From NCBI GenBank assembly GCA_000934665.2, contig KZ538293.1, forward strand, positions 62,001 to 85,572: 23,572 bases of DNA. The letters are read 5' to 3'. A program made the position numbers and the translations under genes. Origin of the DNA: Catajapyx aquilonaris (Eukaryota). The notes below the pieces were generated by a model. That model was not told where the DNA came from and ran no database searches. It worked only from the letters and a program-made list of their open reading frames with translations. Each line of letters starts with the position of its first letter. Position 1 is the first letter of the stretch. Shown piece after piece: positions 1 through 10,424 of this stretch.

Positions 1-1164
1 TAATTAGCAAATGTGGGCATTCATATCCGATTGCACACTCATGTCAATTTGCAAAAATGACAGGGCAAAAAATTTTGAAAATTAATCAGACAAGCGGACA
101 TTATTAATGTCAGTTCAGCTACAAAATTGCAGGTAGTATTGGCCCAGCTATTACTCACAAGGGTAGTGATTTGCAAAAATATTGCAAAAATGTGGGCAAT
201 ATCGTGTCTCTTTGCAATTTTACATGTATGATTGGTTACATTGCAAATTTTTGCGATATTAAAACCTTTGTCTCCTGCTTCATACCTTATTAAGCAATAG
301 CTCCCAAAAAAACGGTCTCGCACAAACAACTTCACCTGCCTTTCGCAAAAAAATCGCGAAAAAATTGGCAAAAGACAATGACACTTTTTTATTATACAGC
401 TGGCAATGTCGCCAAAGTAGTTACAGAGGGACGGGAGCAATGCCCATTTCAAGCACATCCTGCCCCTTTTTAGTACGCCAACCCTTTCCTGTCGATCCGA
501 AACGAGGTTCCATTTTGGAAGCCAACAATCGTGCCAACTCGCCCACCAAAAAAGTATTGTTATAGCCAAGTTTGGAGGAAAAGTAAATAGCCTGAGACAT
601 TTTGCGAGCAATGCAATTTCCTTTTTCATTTTCGCAAAAAAATTGGTAGCTCTCAGATAAGAATTTTATTCGTCCACAGCCAACGTTTATTTCAACAATG
701 TCATCACCTAATTGTTGGCTTATCAATGATAATATCCAGCACCATTACAGGATATTAAGAAAATCACTTCACAAAATTTTTGATAATAATAATTAATATC
801 CTCTCAGCATCCTGGAGTGCCAACAATGGAAAATGTCTTTTGCAAAAAAAAAAGTTTGCTATCTCACCATTGCCCCACTTGGAACCCCCCAAGCCTCCTA
901 TTATCCTCAGGGCCCAACTTTTAAAGCCTTTCAAAAAATCCGGGCCATGAAAAAAAAAATATATATCTGGTATAGATAAGGCATGAAAAGAGCACCCTGT
1001 AGGCCCCTTCAAGAATAAAGCGCAAAAATTCTAATTGAGATACATGTGGTGATGACATTTTTTTTGCAGAAATGACATCCCTGAAGAATTGGATGCAAAA
1101 AATATTGCATTAATTCAAGGTTAAAATCTGCAAAAGTTGATAGCGCAGACTCATTTGCATTTTG

Positions 1165-1405
1165 CACCACTCTTTACATGCAAAATGGGGGGACTTTAAA
1201 TCTGCACTCTTTCTGCCAAAAAAAAGTTTGCAGAGATATAGGACAACCGGAGTGATTTCTGCAGGTTTGTCATGGCTACTGGCCAGAGAGGGATGTCCAA
1301 TGTCACACAGTGATGGAGACAATGCCAACATGGCTCCGATTGTTGGAAAATGAGAGGAAAAACCTTGTTTATTTTGATGTAGCCTATAGAGATTATAGAC
1401 TGTAA
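1165..1405 (+). pseudogene. Probable decayed KDZ (Kyakuja-Dileera-Zisupton) transposase fragment, frameshifted
   Basis: Switching frames gives FKSALFLPKKSLQRYRTTGVISA / VCHGYW / GDNANMAPIV / LVYFDVAYRDY. This has the order and rough spacing of the remembered KDZ motifs fKAa..TGv.a..C(R)HG..GE(r)yanm..YDiAC. It needs several frameshifts. Confidence 0.4.
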
Positions 1406-1594
1406 CTCTTAACTAGTTGACATGACTAAAGTCAAGTGTAAATTGTAATGTAACTTATATTATGGTACTAATCACGTATTTTATTTTCAATTAAAATTTA
1501 TTGTATTGTTGTTTATTTTATTTCATATTGTTATTTATTTTAGTTTAATTATAATTGCGTGATTTTGTTATTTTTTATTTTTTGAAAATTTTTT

Positions 1595-1844
1595 ACACCC
1601 TATTGGGAGAATCGGCGCTCCATTAGGGCTTAGGGGGGTGGAGTACCACCATTGGATGGGGCCAATGATAGGGAAGGAAGGAAGCGGCTGTGGCCTATTG
1701 TACGGAAGCGACCCCGGAATTATCCTGAGGGGAGCGTGGAAAACCACAGAAAGCCACAGTCAGGGTTGCCGGCCCCGGGATTCGAACCCAGGACCTTCCG
1801 ATTAGCAGTCGGGCTCCTTAACCACCACACCAACTTGCTTCGGT
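1595..1844 (-). mobile_element. tRNA-derived SINE, family A, copy A1
   Basis: Minus strand reads ACCGAAGCAAGTTGGTGTGGTGG (A box), anticodon-like arm CCCGA-CTGCTAA-TCGG, and GGTTCGAATCC (B box). Body is shared with four other copies and ends in an A-rich tail. No clean TSD. Confidence 0.9.
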
Positions 1845-1865
1845 TCTGTAATTTATTATTGTAGT

Positions 1866-2280
1866 GTTTTTTATTTTATTTTATTATAGTTTTATTTTCA
1901 TAACTCATTATTTTATTTTATTATAGTTTTATTTTCATAACTCATTATTTTATTTTATTATAGTTTTATTTTTATAACTTATTATTTTATTTTATTGTAG
2001 CTTTATTTTTATAACTAATTATTTTATTATATTTTATTATTTTATAACTTATTATTTTTATTAGATTTTATTATTTTATAACTAATTATTTTTTATTATA
2101 TTTTATTATTTTTATAACTAATTATTTTATTATAATATTTTATTATTCTCATTATTTTCACTATTTTATTTTCATTACTAAATATTTTATTATTCTCATT
2201 ATTTTCATAATTTAATTTTTATTACTAAATATTTTATTATTATCATTATTATCATTATTTCATTATTTATTCCTACTATT
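1866..2280. repeat. AT-rich minisatellite (~36-37 bp unit) decaying into low-complexity sequence
   Basis: Repeated TTATTTTATTTTATTATAGTTTTATTTTCATAACTCA-like units. Confidence 0.8.
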
Positions 2281-3012
2281 ATTTACCTTCTATTGATAGT
2301 CCTTAACATTCATTGCAGGCTCGCTAGTCAGCACAACAATGAAATCCCATTAAAGAAAAATCCTGAATCTCATTAAAAATTGTTGCGAATTTTCGCAAAA
2401 AAAAGAGTGTAATCTGATCATAGTCATTACCACGCCTGAATAGCCTGACGTTTAAACCTCCTCTTTAAAGAGACACGCCTATCAATATCAGCTCCTAGCC
2501 TTCGGGCGATACCTGATGCAAAATGAAGAGATCCTTCGTTTAATCGCCCCCGCAAAAAATTGGCGAATCCACGCGATGCAAAATAATGGGGCTTGGCAAA
2601 AAAAAAAAACAGTACTATTGCGAGGTGTAAATCAAGGCTTATATGCACGCTAGGCTCTGATGGTGAATTTATATCTGCGCGGATTCGCATTCCCGCCGCC
2701 TCAATTTACGGAACATGTCCGAGGCGGGCCTTCCATTTTTGTCAATTTGCGAGCAAACATTTCGCGCAATTTTACAGCGAGCGGATCAAGTGCTCTATTT
2801 TTCTGCGAGCGGTGAATAGAGCGGTGGAAATCAGAGACTAGGTTAGAAATAGGCGAAAATATTATCCAGCATTTAGTGCTAGTTGACAACATTTTTTAAA
2901 AATAATTTAGAGGCTAAAAATTGTTGATTAAAATTAAGTTATAACCAGTTCAGTTTAACACATTTATTTGTTTTTACTTAATAATTTTTCCGGTTGACAT
3001 ATGAATATTTTA

Positions 3013-3545
3013 GAACTGATAGCATCGGAAGGTGCCGCCACAGTGCCCCCTCACAATGTATACGATACCATCGATTGTTCTCGGAGGAAATATATATTGT
3101 ACAGCAGTGTAGTATCGAACGTGACTATCTGCAAACAGCATAGTTGAGCCCTATGTCATTAGTCATTACTAAACAATTATTGGGCTTAAAAAATTACAGA
3201 CGATACCATCCTTGTTTTTATCAGATTTTGTCCCGATTCTCAAAAATATATTGCATGCCGACAATTTTTCAAAGCGGTTGATACATTGAACTGTTAGCAT
3301 CGGGGGGTTCCCCTCACCGGAACGATACCATCGACAGTAATGCTATCGGAGTAGAAAAAATTGTAGTATCGATGGCTACTTATCTGCAATTAGTGTAGTC
3401 CAGGCCTACTTTAGTTATTACTAATCGACAATTGCTGGGTATGCAACAAACTGGGTATGCAACGATACCATCGTTGCTTTTAGCATATTTTGACCCATAT
3501 AGAAATATATATTCCCATTGCGCAATGTAGCCAGATCTCATCGCG
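3013..3545. repeat. Old degenerate tandem duplication (two ~260-275 bp units)
   Basis: The blocks GAACTG(A/T)TAGCATCGG, CGATACCATCG, TGTAGTATCGA, TATCTGCAA, TTAGT(C/T)ATTACTAA, CGATACCATC and ATTTTG(T/A)CCC occur in the same order from 3013 and from 3288. Confidence 0.7.
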
Positions 3546-4515
3546 ACGACCGATGCTATCACCTTTCCCTGTAATTCGAACCTGTAACCGCCATTTTGAA
3601 TCCACAAATTGTCCCATCGAGTTCCAATCACGATCGAATCCAATCACGTTTCCTTGGGGTTCCAATGCTTTTGAATCTAGACTCCATAATGGAGGAAGCG
3701 GATCCGTGAGTGACATCAAGATCAAGATCCAAGAAAAGAAGTGAAAATGTGACGGAAAAAAGGAAGATGGCGGAGAATTTCTCTTTCTCTTTTCCTCTCC
3801 CCCCCCCCTCCCCTCTCTGCCCTTTTCCCAGCCTCCCCCCCTCCCCCCCTACCAGCAGAAGAAGTTCCTCCGCACTGCAGCATTTTAATCGATACCACTA
3901 CTGCTGCTGTCGGGGAGAGTTGGATGCAACTACAGTTTATCCCATATACCTGGCCTAGTTAAACGGACGGTTAATTAACCTTTGCATTTTGCGATTATGA
4001 CCCAGTTGTTCATTTTTTTATAACGTTGTATAGAGGGGAAATGGGCGTGGTTTTTGGCGCAAGAAACTGGGGATTAAAGTGATATCAAGCTGGATTAGTC
4101 ATAATTCGCAAACAGGCCATTTTTAATCCAGCTGAAAAAAATGAGGAATGTAATCAAAATGGATGTCATTGGATAGTCATGTATTATTAAGCCTGCAATT
4201 ACTATGGTCAGTTGTACGAAATGCAAATGGATGAATAATCTGAGATTACTTTTTTGGGAATGCAGTCACGTAATGGACGATTTAGCGCAATTTTTGTTCA
4301 TATAACAGGCTATTATGTGTGAAAATATTACCAATTAGAAAAAATTGTTAATTTTTAAAATTGAAAGTTAGGCATTAAATAACCAAATTTACAGTTAGGA
4401 GTTACACTAAAATTTAGTAACATTAAACTAAAAACAGCAGATTTTAAATCTGGTATATTTATTTTAAGTTCTGACTGTAAATTTGGCTATACTATGCTTC
4501 ATTTTTAATTGACCA

Positions 4516-4814
4516 GGGGGAGGCATGGTGGTCTAGTGGTTACGCCGCTCGCCAGCCAAGCGGGAGGCCGGGGTTCAAATCCCGTTCCCGTCACCTCTCC
4601 TTGGCCGGGCCTTTTTCCGCTTTTCACCCATGTCCGGGCAGAATTGCACTCCCTATTCTGCCCAAGGCCAGGAGAAAAGGTATGGTTGCTTTCAGGAAGT
4701 CAGAAATTACTATAATTACAGCGCCCTCCCTCGGGAACCTCCCCTTACACCCTAAAATGGCTCCCCCTATCACGGGATAAATTGAAAATAAATAAATAAA
4801 TTTGTTTTTTTCAG
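4516..4814 (+). mobile_element. tRNA-Gly(GCC)-derived SINE, family D
   Basis: Head GCATGGTGGTCTAGTGGTT..CTCGCCAGCCAAGCGGGAGGCCGGGGTTCAAATCCC closely resembles tRNA-Gly(GCC). It has a hairpin-rich body and an (AAAT)n tail. 10-bp TSD TAATTGACCA at 4506-4515 and 4815-4824. Confidence 0.85.
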
Positions 4815-5613
4815 TAATTGACCAAATTTTAATTTTGACAAATTTGAGAATTGGTAAAATGAAAATTACATTTAAGTCAAATGAAAATTACCTTTCGTCG
4901 ATTCAAAATTAGTGACATTAAAAATAATATAAAATCCTGAATTAAAATAATTCAAAAATATTACCCACTTATATTACATTAAAAATCAGTATTCTTGGTT
5001 TTCTATAGATCAGCACTCACTGAAAACGACCATTAATATATGTTAAATATTGGTCAATTAAAATTATAAACACCATTATTTTTCGTTTAAAATACATGAA
5101 TTTTTGCACTGAAATCTGTAACAAAGCAAAGTACTCAATAGGTGTCAAATTTGCATGGTTGGGTCGAATAATTGATGCAACTAAACTCAATCAACGTGAC
5201 CTGTTTTTTTTGACCAGGTCAGATGACCTTTTCCTCCTTGTTCAAATACTGCCCCACTCTCCTCTCAACCCCCCCTCCCATGAATATTCAATATTCGATA
5301 AACTATGCAGGACATGAGCAGAGTGCCCCCTTCATTTCATATCTGATTATATCTGATGCAGCTTTCGGTAGTTAGCGTAAATGCTTCATGCCTCGGTACA
5401 CTCCCCAATTCCCAAAGTGGGGGATGGCGGGTGGAGCTATGGGAGGTAACAATATTTGCAACCAGTGTTTAACCCGGTTTAAACACTACATGCGAGATCG
5501 ATAGTGCCTGAAAAATCGTAACGTTGACGTTGTTTACTATTTTTGTTAATTAATTAAGTTGAATTTAATAGTCATTTAATCTGTCTTTGCACATTTCGAA
5601 ATTCATATGTAAT

Positions 5614-6066
5614 GGCCTGAGGACGCCATCTATAATATTAAAATGCTTGCGTTGGGGGGCCGAGCCCTCTGATGGGCCCGCCGCATATTGTTACCGCCAC
5701 CTCCCCCATTGGCCCGCGTTCTACTCATGCGCAATGGGGTGTAAATAACTCCTGTTGGGTTGCCGGGGATACTGTCCATTCCCCGGCGATATGGTGCGCC
5801 GAATAGGTACCCCAGGCCGTATGCCAAGAAACGAGCGAGCGTTTTCCTTATTGGATTAAAAATGGCGTCCTGTTCATAGCTGTCGTGATACAAAAATCTG
5901 GCCGGATAATAAAATAAAATCAAAATGACATTAATTTTTAATTTTTACACTATGATTTAATCTACAGTATTTGAATAAATGTTTTTTTAATTATCTGAGG
6001 CAGTTTTTATAGCGTGATTACTGTCAGTAGGACGTCATTTTAAATCCAATATGGCGTCCTCAGGCC
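5614..6066. mobile_element. Palindromic MITE (GGCC termini, AT flanks; possibly ISL2EU/PHIS-type), left TIR interrupted by an insertion
   Basis: ATGGCCTGAGGACGCCAT (5612-5629) and ATGGCGTCCTCAGGCCAT (6051-6068) are exact inverted repeats. Removing 5629-5848 extends the TIR to about 60 bp. A sister copy lies at 6121-6368. Confidence 0.65.
5629..5848 (+). mobile_element. Non-autonomous Helitron-like insertion
   Basis: Starts TCTATAATATTAAAATG and ends CGAGCGAGCGTTTTCCT (only CT of the usual CTAG). It sits between A5628 and T5849 with no TSD. Excising it restores a match to the opposite MITE arm. Confidence 0.6.
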
Positions 6067-6120
6067 ATCCATTTAATTAATCTGTATTTAAAAATTTATG
6101 TATTTATTTCTACCTATTAT

Positions 6121-6368
6121 GGCCCGAGCATGCCATAGTGGATTCAAAATGTCGCCATGTTTACAGCTACCGTGATATAACTTAAAAACGGCCTGATACT
6201 GAACAAAAAATTAATTTCTATTAAATTTATTCATTGTGATCTGTATTTGAATATACTTAAAAAATAATTTTATATGATGTAATTTAATTGACTTTACAGG
6301 ACAAGTTTTTGTGTCACGATTAGTGTCAACATGACGCCATTTTGAATCAAATATGGCTTCCTCAGGCC
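6121..6368. mobile_element. Second copy of the GGCC-ended, AT-flanked palindromic MITE
   Basis: AT|GGCCCGAGCATGCCATAGTGGATTCAAAATG...CATTTTGAATCAAATATGGCTTCCTCAGGCC|AT, with an AT-rich spacer. Further isolated arms lie near 8121-8150 and 8305-8343. Confidence 0.65.
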
Positions 6369-6902
6369 ATACATCACTCAATGCAAAATGTTCAGGACAC
6401 ATGACATCCAGTATCGATACACAAAAGTGACACGACACTCCAGGACACAAATTGGACGCGTTTCGACCCCGTCTACCCCCCTACAATTATCGCCCTTTTT
6501 GCCCCGGGGCAAAAAAAAAACTCCTCCATTTCCAAATAGAGTTTAATGGAAACGTATGGTGTTATACTAGATCCATATATACGAGGGGTAGTGTGATGGA
6601 TAGTCTCACGTCAGGTGGCAACTCAGATTGATGATCGTCTAGAGGGAACCGCGTCTAGAAACGAGGGTTTTAGGGATTCGACCATGGTAAGTTGCCTTTG
6701 AGAGGAAAGTCAGGTTCGGAGCATTGGGGTGAAGTGTAGGCTTCCGGAGGTATGCAAATTTATGTTGACCCCCCTGGTGCTTGCCAAGTCAAATTGTGGT
6801 CGCGATTAGTCACGGGGGCTGGGATGTAGCGTTTCGCACGTGATCCACCTGATCTAAATCATACTGCGGGTATGGATTGGACATACTGTGTAGGGGGATC
6901 GT

Positions 6903-7241
6903 GCCACCCACGACTGACAACCAACAGCGATAACCGAGTGCGATAAGATGTGCAAGGTAAAAATGTCGAATAGTGACACTACCTCGGAACTTATATCACT
7001 TATAAAAAGGCAGGTCCCACTCATCACTTATATTAATGCCACCCACTATGGACAACCAACCGCAATAACTGAGTGCGATAAGACCGACAATGCGCCCAAA
7101 ATGCTGAATTATGATTAATTTTCACACAATACCTTGGTATTTACGGTATATCACCTGTACGTTTAAAAGGCAGTTCCCACCAACACCTTATCTGAATACC
7201 ACCCACTATGGACAACTCACCGCGATAACTGAGGGCGATAA
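6903..7241. repeat. Three direct repeats of a ~45 bp core within 135-160 bp units
   Basis: CCACCCACTATGGACAACCAACCGCGATAACTGAGTGCGATAA-like core at about 6903, 7038 and 7199. The spacers are also homologous (TATATCAC, AAAAGGCAG(G/T)TCCCAC). Confidence 0.8.
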
Positions 7242-7341
7242 ACGGACTCGAGTATTTCTAATAAATATTATGGCATTTAATATTCATATAATTTTTTGTT
7301 AGAACAGGTGATTTTAGATAGCGATAGCTACTGTTAACAGT

Positions 7342-7600
7342 TTTTAGCTTGTTTTTATACCCCATTGGGAGAATCGGCGCTCCATTAGGGGGATGTAATA
7401 CCACCAAGTGGAGGGGGCCAAGGACAGAGAAGGAAGGCACCGGCTGTGGCCTATTATACGGAAGCGACCCCGGAATTATCCTGGGGGGACTGTGGGAGAC
7501 CACAGAAAACCACAGTCAGGATCGCCGGCCCCGGAATTCGAACCCAGGACCTCCCGATTAGCAGTCTGGCTCCTTAACCCCTACACCAACCTGCTTCGGT
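7342..7600 (-). mobile_element. tRNA-derived SINE, family A, copy A2
   Basis: Full-length homolog of A1. Probable TSD ATAGCTGTTAACAGT: the left copy at 7324-7341 has a 3-nt slip, and the right copy is split by the MITE at 7612-8112. Confidence 0.9.
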
Positions 7601-7611
7601 ATAGCTGTTAA

Positions 7612-8112
7612 AGGGACACTCCACTCAAAATACAAGTTGATCTGTAAAAATCAGGCAAAAAATCCTGATTCCGGTGATACCATCCGTTTATCTCTGAGAC
7701 GAACGGTAATGTCAGGGGAAGAGACGAAAGTCGGAAAAAATTCGAGGTCTGTTCGAGAGTGGCGCCTTCTGGCTACCTGGCCAAGTTAGGCGACGTTGTA
7801 TAGAGCGCCGCCCTTCCCAACGGGCACTAGGGGAAGTTGGCTTCGGACACAACCAGATTCCCACGGATCCCCATACCCGCAGGCAACTTATCCAAGTCGC
7901 CGTTGGGAAGGGCGGCGCTACTATCCAACGTCGCCTAACTTGGCCAGGTGGCCAGGCGGCGCCACTCTCGAACAGACCTCGAATTTTTTCCGACTTTCGT
8001 CTCTTCCCCTGACCTTACCGTTCGCATCAGAGATAAACGGATGGTATCACCGGAATCAGGATTTTTTTCCTGATTTTTACAGAGTAACTTGTATTTTGAG
8101 TGGAGTGTCCCT
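7612..8112. mobile_element. Kolobok/T2-type MITE, 501 bp, with ~230 bp TIRs
   Basis: TTAA|AGGGACACTCCACTCAAAATACAAGTT...AACTTGTATTTTGAGTGGAGTGTCCCT|TTAA. TTAA TSD at 7608-7611 and 8113-8116, AGG...CCT termini and long near-perfect inverted arms. Confidence 0.9.
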
Positions 8113-9161
8113 TTAACAGTATGCCATTTTGAATCCAATATGGCATGCTCATGTTCAGATACAGTGTCAAATAATAATGTGCCCTATCGCGATAAAGGGA
8201 CACATAATTGGCTGGAGTTTTTAATAATTTTTGTGCATATTTTATTCAATTTAATATTTCCATAATTTTTGATTTAAGTGTAATTGTCTGAACAAATGAT
8301 TTCAGATCACGATAGCTGCAAAACAGGACGCCATTTTGAATCCGCTTGGTTGTCCGGAGTGGGTAGCATTCAGTTGGGAGTAATGTTGCTCTTGGCATAT
8401 CTGGTGCGAAAATGGCAGTCACTATGACGCCAGAAATGTCACCCTGCCTTCCCCTCCACCCCTCTCCCATCATGATGCAAAACTTTGCGAAAATCCTTCA
8501 CGCCAAATAATTCTGTCAACCTAATTTCCCTCGCCGACATGAAATTGCGTTTTCGATTTTCCTATTCCTCTCTCAGAAATTGCTAAAGGCAAAGTCCGGA
8601 CTTAGCACCTTCGTTATTATTACCCCCTTTATTACACTAGTAATTGCAACCAGAGCAACTAACCCACAATTTCTTGAAGGGAACTTTTTTCCATAATTCA
8701 TATGTTACGGATCTTCCTGGTTGTAAATCATGGGTCTTAACTTTAAGACCAGTTTTTCGTGGTCTTGCTTAACACAAATGGCTCAATTATGCGGGGGATA
8801 AAACCAGGATTAAACATCTGCGCCAGATGCTACCCTCGGAAAGTTTTTGGGCGAGTTACTTGAAAAAAATATGGAAGCGCATCAAGGTGAGGCGGGGCTA
8901 ATCTACCCAGGGTTGTAATTATATCGAGCATAATTTCCTAGGATCATTTGCAAGAATTTCACATTATTTTGGGGGGGGCGAAGTCTGACAGGATTGTTAA
9001 TTGAGGATAGGTTAATTGGAAATTAGAGGGTTGAATTATCATGGAAGCTGATTTGTTAATTTGTCTAGGATGGCATTTCTGTCAGAGTAACCACCCAGGG
9101 GCTAGCACAAAATGGCTGGCAATAATGATGATGATCATAATTACAATGGTAATCGTCATCA

Positions 9162-9261
9162 TCTACATAAAGCAACGTTTGTGTGTTTGTTCTGGTTTGG
9201 CAACCATGGTTGCCAAACCCGAACAATGAAATGAAACGAAATGAACTGGTTCCGCTGCTAG
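9162..9261 (+). mobile_element. Possible very short Helitron derivative with an internal palindrome
   Basis: A|TCTACATAAAGCAACGTTTGTGTGTTTGT...GCTAG|T. The 5' end resembles the neighbouring Helitron. Perfect 26-bp palindrome at 9194-9219. No convincing subterminal GC hairpin. Confidence 0.4.
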
Positions 9262-9378
9262 TAATAAAAATAACAGCTTTGTAACTTCGGAAAATTTTAA
9301 TAGCAATTGGAGCGAATAAAATAGTTAATAACGTCCCGACAAGTACAAGTCGCTGCTACGTTTTTAATATATTAACTA

Positions 9379-9676
9379 CTAGCTACCGGCGTGGCCCGCG
9401 AAGAAATGAATGAAGGGAAAACACCTGCCAGTACTCCCGTCAACTGTCTGTCTTTCTGTGTGTCCGGCCACCAATGCCATCTGTGGTACTGTAACCCCAA
9501 CACCTTCAACCTCTCCCGCCTGTATAACGGCAACCGTCATTGGCCTGCCATCTGTAGTCAACCCCCAACCCCTCCATCTTCTCCCGGCCTGGGGGTGGAG
9601 CACAGATGGCAGGCAAATGACGGTTGGCAGGCGGGCAGACAGACAGACTTACAAACGGCTTTATTTATATAGAAGA
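9379..9676 (-). mobile_element. Non-autonomous Helitron
   Basis: Minus strand reads A|TCTTCTATATAAATAAAGCCGTTTGTAAGTCTGTCTGTCTG...CGGGCCACGCCGGTAGCTAG|T. It has a 5' TC, a (TCTG)n tract, a GC-rich subterminal segment, a 3' CTAG and an A/T insertion site. It interrupts one copy of a local duplication. Confidence 0.75.
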
Positions 9677-10424
9677 TTAAGTTGTAAATGTACTCACTCT
9701 GTAAACATTGCAACTTGTTACATCATAAGTGTGTGAATAGCACTTTTACATGATTAATGAAGATCTTGACTCATATACGGTACATATATTAATAAGATTA
9801 TAGCTGTTACTTCGGAAATTACAGAGAGCATTTTGAATGGCTAAAACTGCTAATAACATCCTGACAACCATAAGTCGCTGCTACTTATTAATGTTTTAAA
9901 TTGTTCATGTACATTGCAACTTGTGACGTTATAACTGTGAAGCGATTTACAATCGCTGCTACTTCCTGACAACGCGACTACGCCAAAATTATTGCGCAGA
10001 GCCAGTATTGACAAGGAGCTTCGACAAATGGATGGCCAGTTGTTTGACTAATAAAACGACGTACTTGATAGCAGCTGGTGCCAAAAAAAAAGTGGGTCTA
10101 GGAAATGTGCCAAAATATTTACCCCCCGCCCCACCCACCCCTCAAAAAATTCGCCATTTTTCCCCCCCAAAAAAGTCTGTATGAACGATCTAGCAACCAA
10201 AAAGCCCTCAGGAAATGCCTTGCGGTACAACCAACCTTGGAACCGACTTTGCAGTGACGATGCGGAACTTCTACGGTGTGTTACAGTACCTTCAGAAAAT
10301 GTTGTGGACATGTTACTAAAGCATTGTTTCCTGGGATGACATTGCGGTTCCATTTGTATTCATTTCCCTGGAGATCTACCTGAGAAGTGGAAATGTCACC
10401 CTCGATTCTACTTCAAAAAAGTCA

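Noticed and set aside
39..629. 196-aa minus-strand ORF, the longest in the track
   Set aside because: No recognisable domain and an atypical composition; probably chance or the antisense of a decayed element.
6615..6692. Possible 72-nt plus-strand exon (CAG|GTGGCA...ATG|GTAAGT) and a hammerhead-like TTGATGA..GAAAC
   Set aside because: The acceptor is weak, the peptide is unrecognisable and there are no partner exons. The ribozyme core is mutated and lacks stem I.
6903..7241. CRISPR-like repeat-spacer array
   Set aside because: Eukaryotic context, spacers are long and homologous to each other, and no cas genes are present.
7796..8138. ORFs on both strands within the MITE, and the similar ORFs at 1652, 7408 and 11535
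   Set aside because: They are translations of palindromic MITE arms and antisense SINE copies.
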